The notes: generated by a model from the letters alone, not told the origin. Positions 19,043-29,024 are shown, numbered from the stretch's first letter. The stretch is 63,202 nt of DNA from Candidatus Zixiibacteriota bacterium (GCA_030692925.1 JAUYBY010000078.1:1-63202); one strand, 5' to 3'. Translations and numbers: made by a program.

Positions 19043-19136
19043 TGTCATTCTGAGGAAGTCCGCCTTTGGCGAGACGACCGAAGAATCTCCCGATTTTGGA
19101 CTCTTCGTAGATTCTTCGCTTACGCTCAGAATGACA
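19043..19136. repeat. TGTCATTCTGAG...CTCAGAATGACA long inverted-repeat element
   Basis: terminal inverted repeats with internal GAAGAATCT/AGATTCTTC pairing; second copy at 43680-43770. Confidence 0.8.
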
Positions 19137-19158
19137 TTAAGTAGAGAGGTAGGTTTAA

Positions 19159-20391
19159 ATGAAGATTTTAGTTTTGAATTGTGGCAGTTCTTCAGTTAAA
19201 TATCAGCTTATCGACATAGATAAAAACTATGCCTTAGCTAAGGGCTTAGTTTCGAGGATAGGAATGAGCGATGCGGTTCTGACTCACAAGCCGCACGACC
19301 GGCCAGAGGTGAAAATCTCAGGCGAGATAATCGACCATATAGTAGCTATTGAGTATGTAATAAGCATGCTCCTCTCCCCTAATCACGGAGTGATCAAAGA
19401 TAAATCGGAGATTACGGCAGTTGGTCACCGGGTGGTGCATGGCGGCGAGAAATTTCCAGAGTCGGTCCTGATAAACCCGGAGGTAATGGCAGAGCTGAGA
19501 AACTGCATTGAGCTTGCCCCTTTGCATAATCCTCACAATATCAGAGGTATAAATGCGTGCCAGAAGATTTTGCCAAATATCCCCCAGGTGGCGGTTTTCG
19601 ACACCGCTTTTCACCAGCAGATGCCAAAATATGCTTACATCTACGGACTCCCCTATATTCTTTATAAGAAATACGGCATCCGAAGATACGGTTTTCACGG
19701 CACCTCTCATTTCTACGTGTCTAAACGTGCATCAGAGCTTATGAAAAAACCGCTCAAGGAGCTTAAGATAATAACCTGCCATCTGGGTAACGGAGCCAGT
19801 ATGGCAGCAGTAGATGGCGGAATATCTGTAGACACCAGTATGGGATTCACCCCCTTAGAAGGGCTCCTTATGGGAACCAGGTGCGGAGATTTAGATCCGG
19901 CTGTGATCTTACACATAATGGCGCGGGAAGAACTTTCTTTGCAGGAAGCCAATACCCTTTTGAATAAGCACAGCGGAATGCAGGGCATCTCCGGTCATTC
20001 AAGCGATATGCGGGACATTATCCAGGAAGCAAAGGAAGGGCATGCCAATTCTAAATTAGCTTTGGATATGTACTGCTACCGCATAAAAAAATATATCGGT
20101 GCCTATGCCGCAGCTATGGGGGGTCTGGATGTTTTAGTTTTCACTGCCGGAGTGGGTGAGAATTCTCCTCTGATTAGAGCAAAATGCTGCGAAGGGTTGG
20201 AGTTCTTGGGAATCGATATCGACGAGGATAGAAACGAAGAGGCGGTGGGGATGGAGGCTTTGATCAGCAAGGACAAAACCAGGGTCAAGGTCCTGGCGAT
20301 TCCGACCAACGAGGAGCTGGTTATTGCTCAGGAAACCCAGAAAGTGATTGACGTGGATAAGTTCCTGAAGGAGATGTCCAAAGGTGTATAA
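19159..20391 (+). CDS. ackA: acetate kinase
   Basis: [48 protein letters not shown]. Confidence 0.97.
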   Translation: MKILVLNCGSSSVKYQLIDIDKNYALAKGLVSRIGMSDAVLTHKPHDRPEVKISGEIIDHIVAIEYVISMLLSPNHGVIKDKSEITAVGHRVVHGGEKFPESVLINPEVMAELRNCIELAPLHNPHNIRGINACQKILPNIPQVAVFDTAFHQQMPKYAYIYGLPYILYKKYGIRRYGFHGTSHFYVSKRASELMKKPLKELKIITCHLGNGASMAAVDGGISVDTSMGFTPLEGLLMGTRCGDLDPAVILHIMAREELSLQEANTLLNKHSGMQGISGHSSDMRDIIQEAKEGHANSKLALDMYCYRIKKYIGAYAAAMGGLDVLVFTAGVGENSPLIRAKCCEGLEFLGIDIDEDRNEEAVGMEALISKDKTRVKVLAIPTNEELVIAQETQKVIDVDKFLKEMSKGV

Positions 20392-20713
20392 ATATGCCTT
20401 CAGCCTGTTTATGATAATTACGCTATTATTGACTTTACCCGGATGTCAGAAATCCAAGGTACAGGATTTAGAGCAAAGGTTAGACAATTTTCGCAACATC
20501 CTGCCGCAGAACCTCAGAGCTGAGTTCGACTCTAAGAATTATGATTCAGTTATCAAAGGGCTCGACTCTCTTCTTGCAGGGGATGAAAATTTCAAGCAAA
20601 GATATGAAAAGATGAAAGATACCGAAGCTATCAACGTTTTTACCTCCCAGGAGGTGGTTGATTTTTTCAAAACCTATTTCGTAGATGAGATTGAAAAAGA
20701 GAAGAAGCGTTAA
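20384..20713 (+). CDS. hypothetical lipoprotein
   Basis: GTG start overlapping the ackA stop; hydrophobic signal followed by LPGC lipobox. Confidence 0.7.
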   Translation: MYKYAFSLFMIITLLLTLPGCQKSKVQDLEQRLDNFRNILPQNLRAEFDSKNYDSVIKGLDSLLAGDENFKQRYEKMKDTEAINVFTSQEVVDFFKTYFVDEIEKEKKR

Positions 20714-20724
20714 ATATAACTTGA

Positions 20725-20787
20725 CGCTGGTTGTTGGTCTCCAAACCAACAGGTTGCCTGCGTTGGTGAGGACACCAACGCAGAGCA
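20725..20787. repeat. GTTGG-type REP doublet (A + inverted B)
   Basis: GTTGGTCTCCAAACCAAC then GTTGGTGAGGACACCAAC, matching the RAYT-flanking repeats. Confidence 0.85.
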
Positions 20788-20916
20788 AATATAGAGATTA
20801 CGTAGCCCGACGGGGAAAAACTTTATGTTTATCTCCGGTTCCGTCACCGAGATCGTCTTAGATGTGCAGGAGATACCGACTCAAACCAAAGAAACTGACT
20901 AAGAAAGGAGTTCTCT

Positions 20917-21783
20917 CTGGAAAAAATCATCGAAAAAAGCAAGTTAGCCCCGAATGTCCACAGGATTAGATTTCGTCTTCCCCTTTTAGTGGAAAAAGCC
21001 AAACCCGGCCAGTTCGTGATTTTAAGGATAGATGAGCCGGGAGAAAGAATCCCGATGTCGATTGCGGACTTGGACAAAAAAAACGGGATCTTGACTATCG
21101 TCTTTCAGGAGGTGGGAAAATCGACTGCGCAGTTAGGCTCACTTAAGGAGGGAGATTCGCTTGCTGACGTGGTGGGTCCTCTGGGAACCCCGACCCATAT
21201 CGAGAAATACGGCAATTGCGTGTGTGTTGGAGGAGGCATAGGGATTGCTCCAATTCATCCCGTGGCAAAAGCTTTAAAAGAGGTGGGGAATCAGGTAACC
21301 TCCATAATCGGCGCCAGGAATAAAGAGCTTCTGATAATGGAGGAAGAATCAAGAGCCTCCTGCGACAATCTGATTATCTCGACTGATGACGGAAGCTACG
21401 GTTTTCACGGATTTGTAACCCAGGTCTTAGCCGGAATTTTAGAGAAAGGCGAAAAGGTAGATTTCGTCTTTTCAGTTGGACCGGTTTTGATGATGAGGGC
21501 ACTTGCCAGAGTCACATTACCCTACAAAGTCAGGACAATAATCAGCCTGAACCCGATAATGGTGGACGGAACCGGGATGTGCGGCGCCTGCAGGGTAACT
21601 GTTGGGAACCAGACAAAGTTCGCCTGTGTGGATGGACCGGACTTCGATGCGCATCTGGTTGATTTTGAGGAACTGCTTAAAAGACAGCGAATGTACCTAA
21701 AAGAAGAAAAGGTTGCAATGGATAATTTTATCTCCAAAATGGATCAGTCCGCACATCACCACCAAAGCCACAAACCATCCTAA
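20917..21783 (+). CDS. nfnA: NADH-dependent reduced ferredoxin:NADP+ oxidoreductase subunit A (SudB/PyrK-like)
   Basis: KPGQFVILR..E.GERIP, GPLG.P, GGGIG.AP, MVDGTGMCGACRV, CVDGPDF; N-terminus extends to a CTG 6 nt after AAGGAG. Confidence 0.88.
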   Translation: MEKIIEKSKLAPNVHRIRFRLPLLVEKAKPGQFVILRIDEPGERIPMSIADLDKKNGILTIVFQEVGKSTAQLGSLKEGDSLADVVGPLGTPTHIEKYGNCVCVGGGIGIAPIHPVAKALKEVGNQVTSIIGARNKELLIMEEESRASCDNLIISTDDGSYGFHGFVTQVLAGILEKGEKVDFVFSVGPVLMMRALARVTLPYKVRTIISLNPIMVDGTGMCGACRVTVGNQTKFACVDGPDFDAHLVDFEELLKRQRMYLKEEKVAMDNFISKMDQSAHHHQSHKPS

Positions 21784-21796
21784 AAAGGAATCAAAA

Positions 21797-23200
21797 TTGA
21801 GCACTCCAAAAAAGACCAGTATCCCCAGGCAGAAAATGCCGGAGCAGCCGCCGGAACAAAGAGTCAAAAACTTCAAAGAAGTCCCTTTCGGATACACTGA
21901 GGAATTAGCTAAGATCGAATCCCAGCGGTGTTTATTCTGCAAAAAACCTTTATGCATTGCCGGCTGTCCGGTAGAGATCGATATACCTGGATTTATTAAA
22001 TTGATTGCTGAAGGGGATTATATCGGAGCCGCGAAAAAGCTGAAAGAGACCAATAGTCTACCTGCGGTTTGCGGAAGAGTCTGTCCGCAGGAGGACCAGT
22101 GCGAAAAAGTCTGCATTTTAAGTAAAAAATATGAACCTGTAGCCATTGGTAACTTAGAGAGGTTTGCCGCAGATTACGAAAGGGAAGCAGGTGAAATAGA
22201 AATACCTAAAATCGAGAAATCGACTGGCAAAAAAGTTGCGATAGTTGGCTCAGGTCCGGCTGGGCTGACTGTGGCTGGTGATCTGATAAAAATGGGACAT
22301 CAGGTAACAGTATTTGAAGCTTTACACAAAGCTGGAGGAGTTTTAGTCTATGGAATCCCGGAGTTCAGACTACCCAAAGCCATTGTTCAGTCTGAGGTCG
22401 ATTACCTGGCTAAGTTAGGGGTGGAGTTCAAGACCAGCTATGTGGTGGGAATGCTCCAGACTATTGATGACCTTTTCGCCTCTGGATATCATGCGATCTT
22501 CATAGGGACAGGAGCAGGACTTCCCAATTTTATGAAAATCCCGGGAGAAAATCTGAACGGAATTTATTCGGCTAACGAATACCTGACCCGTTCGAATTTG
22601 ATGAAAGCTTACAGCTTTCCGGAAAATGATACTCCCATCTTCTCCGGAAAAAATGTTGCCGTCTTAGGTGGCGGAAATACCGCTATGGATTCTGTAAGAA
22701 CTGCTTTAAGACTGGGCGCAGATAATGCCTATATAGTCTACCGACGATCCAGAACCGAGATGCCAGCCAGAAAAGACGAGATTCACCATGCAGAACAAGA
22801 AGGAGTGAAGTTCGACTTCTTGACTGCCCCGATTAAATTCCACGGGACTGAAGATGGCTGGTTAAAAAGTATGGAATGTATCCAAATGAAATTAGGGGAG
22901 CCGGACGAATCAGGACGAAGAAGACCAGTGCCGGTGGAAGGCTCTAATTACATAATGGATGTGGATACCGTGATAGTTGCCATTGGGAATAGCTCCAATC
23001 CATTGGTCCCGAAAACCACTCCCGGATTAGACATCAATAAATGGGGGAATATAACCGCTGACCCTGAAACCGGCCAGACCTCCCGTAGGGGAGTTTTCGC
23101 CGGTGGTGATATCGTCACCGGCGGAGCAACCGTAATCTTAGCCGCAGGCGCAGGCAAAAAAGCCGCCCGGGCAATCGATGCCTATTTGAAAACATTATAA
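21797..23200 (+). CDS. nfnB: NADH-dependent reduced ferredoxin:NADP+ oxidoreductase subunit B (GltD/SudA-like)
   Basis: RCLFC..P.C..GCP, CGRVCPQE.QCE..C, GSGPAGL, YGIPEFRLPK, GGGNTAMD, FAGGDIVTG; TTG start at 21797 after AAGGA. Confidence 0.9.
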   Translation: MSTPKKTSIPRQKMPEQPPEQRVKNFKEVPFGYTEELAKIESQRCLFCKKPLCIAGCPVEIDIPGFIKLIAEGDYIGAAKKLKETNSLPAVCGRVCPQEDQCEKVCILSKKYEPVAIGNLERFAADYEREAGEIEIPKIEKSTGKKVAIVGSGPAGLTVAGDLIKMGHQVTVFEALHKAGGVLVYGIPEFRLPKAIVQSEVDYLAKLGVEFKTSYVVGMLQTIDDLFASGYHAIFIGTGAGLPNFMKIPGENLNGIYSANEYLTRSNLMKAYSFPENDTPIFSGKNVAVLGGGNTAMDSVRTALRLGADNAYIVYRRSRTEMPARKDEIHHAEQEGVKFDFLTAPIKFHGTEDGWLKSMECIQMKLGEPDESGRRRPVPVEGSNYIMDVDTVIVAIGNSSNPLVPKTTPGLDINKWGNITADPETGQTSRRGVFAGGDIVTGGATVILAAGAGKKAARAIDAYLKTL

Positions 23201-23215
23201 AGGATGAGTACAGAC

Positions 23216-23793
23216 TGTCATTGCGAGGAGTTCCCTTAGGGAGCGACGAAGCAATCCGTACAAAATTAGTATCCCTACCTTGCCCCCAAAGCGGGATATC
23301 CAACAAACTGTAGGGGCACATTGCAACGTGCCCCTTGTATACTGGAAGCGTAGGGACAGAACAGTGTTCTGTCCCTACAGCTTTGTTCCCTCTCCTTTTC
23401 AAGCCGATAAAAGCTTTACGGTCCTACGGAGGCTTCGCTCCTCGTAGAGGAGTGGGTCAGAGTGAGGTTAAAAATATAGCGTGGGGCTTTATGCCCGACG
23501 TTTTTTGTAGGTAGAGACGCATAGCCATGCGTCTCTACCTGCTCTTCGTTGGTGTCCTCACCAACGAAGGGTATTAGCTGAGGAGTTCATTGCTTCGTTA
23601 GCGACCCTAAAAGGGTTGCGCTACAAGCTTCACCCTCAAACAAGTTTGAGGGTGCCACCCGCCGAAATACGAAAAAAATAAGCAACCCTGAAGGGTTGCC
23701 TTACGATTTCTTTTCCCCGGTCACGAAAAACTGTAAACGGTCCCGGTTTTTTATTTTCCCTTGAACCCTCGACTCCTCGAATCCTCGAACCCT
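23216..23793. repeat. dense mosaic of different REP-like palindromes in a convergent intergenic region
   Basis: GTAGGGGCAC.., GTAGGGACAGAACAGTGTTCTGTCCCTAC, GTAGAGACGCAT..ATGCGTCTCTAC, GTTGG-type REP (23544-23569), GCGACCCT..AGGGTTGC, CACCCTCAAAC..GTTTGAGGGTG, octamer tandem repeat. Confidence 0.85.
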
Positions 23794-23797
23794 TTTT

Positions 23798-25030
23798 CTA
23801 ATTGATTTTCCCCCAGGGATACCCTAACAGAACCAAAATCAGCGCCACTACCATCAAAACGACTGAAGGTGGAATTATCAATCTATAGATTTTGGAAAAA
23901 GAGGCTTTGAAATAATCTTTGGTCAGGACTAAGCATAAATGCACTGGTGAGAGCATCACCCCAGTAAATCCTGCGGCATAAGCTAACATAGCATATCCGT
24001 AGTTTACTCCATTCGGTTTTAAAAAGCTCAATAGTATTGGATAAGATATACCTATAAAAGCAGTAGTCACGCCAGTCAAAGCCCCGACTGTAAGAGGAAC
24101 CAGACAAATTACCAGAACCGGTGAGATCCCCCAGGCAGACAAGGTCTGAGGAATTACCGTCACTGCTCCAGAAACCTCGATTATCTTTTTGAAAATCATT
24201 ATCCCCAGAATCAGCATGATGATTTCCAGGGTTACGTTCTCCCTGATTATTTTGAGAAGTGAAGCAGGCCTGACCATGTTTACGATGGCAAACAAAACAA
24301 CGCTCAAAAGCAATGCCCACAAAAGGTCTATCCCGGAGAAAAGATTCAAAACCACAGCCAAAAGAATCCCCCAGATGCTTTTCAGAAATAAAAGCAGATT
24401 TTCGACGGTATTTTTCTGGCTCATGCTTTCCTCTTTTTCGAGTTTGACTTTTCTCCAGAGGAAAAATATCCCCGCACCTAACATAGTCAGACTCATCGGC
24501 ACCTGGGCAAGAATTATTTTGCTCAAAGGCACCTGCAATATGACCGAGGCGATAATTACCCCCTGATATAGAGGAAAAACGAATTCCATTATATGCCTGA
24601 ACCAGTGGTTAAAAGATGCTTTTATCTCCGGTGAGAGATTTTTCCTTGAACCCACTTCTTCTATCATAGGTGCGGACATCATCGCACCACCGGGCATAGG
24701 GAGTATTCCGATTAAGGCTGGAAGAAGAGCCAAGATGGTCCTGGTGTCTTTGACCAGATTTTCCAGGGAATCGGTTATATCCCGCAAGCTCTGGGTGAAT
24801 TTCAAAACCCCGCCGAAAATGGTGACCAGAATTACTATAAACAACAGATGCAGGGTATCCCACTCGACGCAAGCTACCAGAGTATTTTTTAATAGTTCCA
24901 GCAGGGGCAGAGAGAACAGAATCCCCAAGAAGATTGCTCCCAAAAGGAGAGTATACCCTACCTGAACTTTCTTCTTGATCAGTATGACTAGAAAAACAAA
25001 AACGATAAGTATCTTTAAAATTGGTATCAT
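23798..25030 (-). CDS. DUF401-family integral membrane transporter-like protein
   Basis: many TM segments; PALIGILPMPGGAMMSAP, NHWFRH, LSPVHLCL; upstream ORF extension derives from repeat DNA. Confidence 0.85.
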   Translation of the reverse strand: MIPILKILIVFVFLVILIKKKVQVGYTLLLGAIFLGILFSLPLLELLKNTLVACVEWDTLHLLFIVILVTIFGGVLKFTQSLRDITDSLENLVKDTRTILALLPALIGILPMPGGAMMSAPMIEEVGSRKNLSPEIKASFNHWFRHIMEFVFPLYQGVIIASVILQVPLSKIILAQVPMSLTMLGAGIFFLWRKVKLEKEESMSQKNTVENLLLFLKSIWGILLAVVLNLFSGIDLLWALLLSVVLFAIVNMVRPASLLKIIRENVTLEIIMLILGIMIFKKIIEVSGAVTVIPQTLSAWGISPVLVICLVPLTVGALTGVTTAFIGISYPILLSFLKPNGVNYGYAMLAYAAGFTGVMLSPVHLCLVLTKDYFKASFSKIYRLIIPPSVVLMVVALILVLLGYPWGKIN

Positions 25031-25143
25031 GTATTTAAGAAATAAATGGTAGAACAGACATTCTTGTCTGTTCCCCTGAAGCCAGAGAGCAAAGCGGGCT
25101 GGCTCGTAGCCACAGGAGTGTCTGATCTGCCGAATTATAGGTG

Positions 25144-25929
25144 TCAAATGAACTCATAAGCTTCCTTTATATATTTCCCTGCATTTTCAGGTACATGGGC
25201 ATCAGAAGCAGTTATTAATTCTACCTTCTGTTGTTTCAAGGCTGAGAGAAATTCTTTATTAAGCCCGAATTCCTTATGGCTATAATTTATATGAAGTCCG
25301 AGGCTAAATTCCGTTTTCATATTATGTTTTTTTAAAAGTTCAGCTATACTTAGATATGTATCTTTCAAGTCATAATCAGGATAATAATTAAAACATTTGA
25401 TCGAATCAGGATGGGCCAGATGATTATACAAATCTGAATGGATTAGCTTTTCCATTAATCGATAATATTTTTCATACACACTATTCACATTTTTCTCTTT
25501 CCATACTTCTTTTATTGCCGGGTGGTCAAATCCCCAACCGTCTATCCAATGAACAGCCCCGGTTAAAAAGTCCCAATCAAAACCAGAAACAATACGTTCA
25601 ATCTCATCTTCATACTCCGGAAAGTAACATATCTCTATCCCAAATTTAACTTTTACTGGAAAAGACCCTTGTCGTACAGCTCGAATGAAATTTTTATACT
25701 TCTCCAAAGGTACAGACAATCTTTTAGAAAACCAATTCCTTTGATATCTACCTATATCGGTATCATCCAAAATCACAGAGTTGTAAGCTGGTGCAAATTC
25801 CTTAAATCTATGAGAGTGTTCAAGAATGTATAACTCACTGATGCTTCTTTCTATCGCTACTCTTATGAATTCTGATAACCAGTCTATTGTATATGGATCT
25901 TTTTCTAAATGAACATGACCATCTATCAA
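25144..25929 (-). CDS. PHP-domain phosphoesterase (histidinol-phosphatase HisJ-like)
   Basis: DGHVH, EH, GIE, AVH, LAHPD, ASDAH motifs; TTG start with GGAG RBS. Confidence 0.85.
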   Translation of the reverse strand: MIDGHVHLEKDPYTIDWLSEFIRVAIERSISELYILEHSHRFKEFAPAYNSVILDDTDIGRYQRNWFSKRLSVPLEKYKNFIRAVRQGSFPVKVKFGIEICYFPEYEDEIERIVSGFDWDFLTGAVHWIDGWGFDHPAIKEVWKEKNVNSVYEKYYRLMEKLIHSDLYNHLAHPDSIKCFNYYPDYDLKDTYLSIAELLKKHNMKTEFSLGLHINYSHKEFGLNKEFLSALKQQKVELITASDAHVPENAGKYIKEAYEFI

Positions 25930-26129
25930 TATTTTTCTCCACCCTTTGAATGTGGTGTAATTGATCTGTTATCTTGCAAGATAAACTGCAGGGGAACGAT
26001 CCCTTCTTTGGCGGGATGCCCCTGCCATCTTGTGCTCAGGAAATATACATTAAAGTCCGTAAAATGAACAGGCTTTTCTCAGCGGTAATTTACGAGGGAG
26101 CGCTTGTCTGACCTCTGTTGCTAAAATCA

Positions 26130-26699
26130 TCAATAAATCTTCGGGATCAAACGCTTGGTGGTTTTAGAATAGTCCAGATACTCATCTCCGAAGGCTTGAA
26201 TTAAGGCTTTTTCCTCAACCTGCATTCTGTAAATGTATGCCGTCAAAATAGGCACAACTATCACGATACTGCTCAGCCAGTTCGAAAAAGCCAGACCCAA
26301 GCCAAGAAATGAAACCAGACTGCCCGCATAAGACGGGTGGCGGATATATTTGTAGAGCCCCTTTTTAACTATCTGGTGACTGGGCAAAATACTTACATCC
26401 ACTGTGAAGTATTTTCTAAGGGAGAGAATAGCAGTCCATCTAATAATCAGCCCAAGCAACATCAGGAAGATTCCGCATATCGAAAGGAAATGATGCCTGA
26501 CCCGTATGAAACCTATCCCCTTTAATCCAAGAAAAACTCCTAAAAAAACAGCAAGTAAGATAGCAATCCACAAAAACCTTAGAGAGGATTTATCCAGCCT
26601 GGATGAATCTTTTGTTGCGGAGCGTCTTTTTCTGCTGAGGATAATTTCTGAGAGGAGCCAGAAGGCGGAGATAAGGATAAATATTATGCTGACATACAT
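26130..26699 (-). CDS. isoprenylcysteine carboxyl methyltransferase (ICMT/Ste14) family membrane protein
   Basis: TM helices; G.YKYIRHPSY.G, EEKAL..AFG.EY..Y...TKRLIP. Confidence 0.9.
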   Translation of the reverse strand: MYVSIIFILISAFWLLSEIILSRKRRSATKDSSRLDKSSLRFLWIAILLAVFLGVFLGLKGIGFIRVRHHFLSICGIFLMLLGLIIRWTAILSLRKYFTVDVSILPSHQIVKKGLYKYIRHPSYAGSLVSFLGLGLAFSNWLSSIVIVVPILTAYIYRMQVEEKALIQAFGDEYLDYSKTTKRLIPKIY

Positions 26700-26920
26700 T
26701 TCTTTTCTTGAGGACGTGAGATGGTAGAACAGACATTCTTGTCTGTTCCCCACTGGTCAGAGAGCAAAGCCTGTGGCGCACGCCCGTAGCCACGTAGCCA
26801 CACGAATGTCTGACCTACCAAGCTTTCGGACAGGGACAAGCCCTGTCCCTACAAAACTACCTAATTGTATCTTTATCTTTTTCCCTTAAACCCTTGAATC
26901 CTTGAACCCTTGAACCCTTT

Positions 26921-28189
26921 TTATAACCTATACGCTAAACTCACGAAAAATTTATCCGTGGAATAAGACTCCTTGACCATATTAATTCGATTATCCCTGA
27001 ACTCGTTAACCCCGTGATTCCAGGCAACGTCCAAAGTCATCACCTGGTCGATCAGAAAACCTGCACCTAAGGTGAAATACCTCCTGTCGGTTTTAAGGTA
27101 AACTGATTTGAACGGAATCGGGTTCTCGTAAAACCCTATTCTTATTTTTGTAGCAAGCTCCGGCATATTAAACTCTGCCCCCACGTGCCATCGGGTGACT
27201 TCTTGGTAAATCTCCTTGTATAATTTATCATCTACTCCAGCTCTTGCGCTAGGTTTAAGCTGGGACCAGTCCGTAATATAAATATCTCCTGCCAGGGTTA
27301 CGTACTTGAAGTTCAGAGCTGCCCCTACTCCAAAAGAGTAAGGATGCGTTAAATCATAGTGACCTAATTCCTCATACTCCCGCACACTACCTGCGGTATC
27401 ATAATTAAAGGAGAAATCCTGATCAATCGAGAATTTAGTAGGGAAATCTATGGTCGCTCCCACACTTAAGAACTTCGAGGCATCCACTGAAAATCCTAAT
27501 TTAGCGTTCCAACCAGAATAGTCATACAGATACCGGTTTCTCTCCCTTACCAATAAAGTTTGTAGATAATACTCCTGAAGGTAATCATCCTGGCCCTTCC
27601 AGTAATCAACTGCCCCTCCTACGGAGATGTTAGGAGAAAGGTCAATTGCTCCTCCAAAAGACCACATATTTATCCCCCCGGTCTCAAGAGCTAAAGCATC
27701 CAAACCGATCGCTCCAGTTGTCGGGTCTATAAAAGTTGAATGAAATGCATGGTCAAAGCTTTTCATCCGGTTAAACCCTAAGGCAAAAACCAGACCCCCT
27801 CGGTAAGTCGGAACCGGCAGCACGATATTGGCAGAACTGAAGCGGGTGTTGCTCTGGGTTATGCTCTGGTTCTGGTTATAGGAACTCAGGGGTTGCACGT
27901 TTCCTATGAACCCGGTCTCATTATTGAGCCTCTGATGGGTCATGCCACCTGAAAATTCTATCCTTTTCACCTTTGCCAGGCGTGCCGGATTATAGACCAG
28001 ACCTGAGGCATCATTGGCAGTTGCGATCTGAGCGCCTCCCATCCCCATTGCCCTGGCACCCACCCCGAAGAAGTTTCCGGCGGAAGCCTCTTCTACTTGC
28101 AGATAGTTTCTGTCGATCTCCTGGCTGAAAATCGCAGACGTAAGGAACAAAATCAAAAAAGCGGCAGATAAGAATATCCTACCTAACAT
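26921..28189 (-). CDS. outer-membrane beta-barrel, OmpP1/FadL/PorV-like
   Basis: signal peptide; GARAMGMGGA..A..ND.SG..YNPA.L motif; amphipathic strands; terminal LAYRL. Confidence 0.82.
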   Translation of the reverse strand: MLGRIFLSAAFLILFLTSAIFSQEIDRNYLQVEEASAGNFFGVGARAMGMGGAQIATANDASGLVYNPARLAKVKRIEFSGGMTHQRLNNETGFIGNVQPLSSYNQNQSITQSNTRFSSANIVLPVPTYRGGLVFALGFNRMKSFDHAFHSTFIDPTTGAIGLDALALETGGINMWSFGGAIDLSPNISVGGAVDYWKGQDDYLQEYYLQTLLVRERNRYLYDYSGWNAKLGFSVDASKFLSVGATIDFPTKFSIDQDFSFNYDTAGSVREYEELGHYDLTHPYSFGVGAALNFKYVTLAGDIYITDWSQLKPSARAGVDDKLYKEIYQEVTRWHVGAEFNMPELATKIRIGFYENPIPFKSVYLKTDRRYFTLGAGFLIDQVMTLDVAWNHGVNEFRDNRINMVKESYSTDKFFVSLAYRL

Positions 28190-28210
28190 ATATTTCTCCT
28201 TGAAGCATTT

Positions 28211-28726
28211 TTATCTTGTCCTCTTGGGTATTTTCTCCTGTTGTCTTTCCTCTTTCTTTTCCTCCTTCTGCTGTGGCTGCTGACTCTTTTGTCCCTCAAC
28301 TGCTCCGGGGATTTGACCCGGGCTGGTATTGGGCTGGGTTAAAGCTGGAGGATTTATTCCCTGACCTCCGGGCACATATGGAGGCTGCAAACTTCTCCTA
28401 CTTTTCTCTAACCTCTCACTTGGAACAGTAGTGCCACCCCCGCTCGGTTGTCCATAATACCAGTCCCACCACCAGGGATACATATAATAATGTCCATAGT
28501 TGGGATAATTCCAGTACCAGCCAGGGCTATAGCTATAGTAATACCCGTAAGGATACTGGTGATAATCCGCATGGCAATCAGTGCAGTGTTCCCGGTAATA
28601 ACTGCCTGAATAGGCTTGTTCCTCTTCTCCCTTAACCCCTGGATGAGATAAAACTGTGTAACAGCCTACCACAAAAATTGCAGTGATAGTCAAAAGCAAC
28701 CCCATTAAAACCCACCTATTCCTCAT
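28211..28726 (-). CDS. hypothetical lipoprotein with single CXXCH motif and Tyr/Trp-rich segment
   Basis: GGAGGTG RBS; VVGC lipobox; CTDCH; YPYGYYYSYSPGWYW...YPWWWDWYYG; Pro/Gln/Glu-rich tail. Confidence 0.75.
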   Translation of the reverse strand: MRNRWVLMGLLLTITAIFVVGCYTVLSHPGVKGEEEQAYSGSYYREHCTDCHADYHQYPYGYYYSYSPGWYWNYPNYGHYYMYPWWWDWYYGQPSGGGTTVPSERLEKSRRSLQPPYVPGGQGINPPALTQPNTSPGQIPGAVEGQKSQQPQQKEEKKEERQQEKIPKRTR

Positions 28727-28946
28727 TTTTCTCACCTCCAACCTATTTTAAAAAGCAATGACAAATGACAGATAAAACATGACTAATTAGAAAGAACGAC
28801 TATCTTACTCACTATTGCTACGTAAAATTAGACACTTCTGCTACTGGATTCGTTTAATCCTTTTAATCTGCCGTAATAAATCTTTACTCGTCTGCTATTT
28901 GTCTTTTTAAATGTAGGGCAAACGTTCAGGTTTGTGCTTGTTATTC

Positions 28947-29024
28947 GTTGGTCAGGAGCCGCGTAGGGGCGGAGGAAGAAGGGTGGAGACAAGCTCCACC
29001 CCTACGCGTTATCTCCTTACCAAC
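28947..29024. repeat. GTTGG-type REP interrupted by a GTAG-type element (nested hairpin)
   Basis: GTTGGTCAGGAG | CCGCGTAGGGGCGGAG...CTCCACCCCTACGCG-TTATCTCCTT | ACCAAC. Confidence 0.65.

Noticed and set aside
20790-20900. Possible riboswitch or structured leader upstream of nfnA
   Set aside because: Some pairing potential (TATCTCC/GGAGATA, GACGG/CCGTC) but no recognisable riboswitch consensus; needs an Rfam search
25031-25147. N-terminal extensions in the ORF track for the DUF401 protein, ICMT, LipA, CobO and NfnB
   Set aside because: Extensions derive from repeat DNA or overlap the upstream gene; downstream starts match family N-termini better
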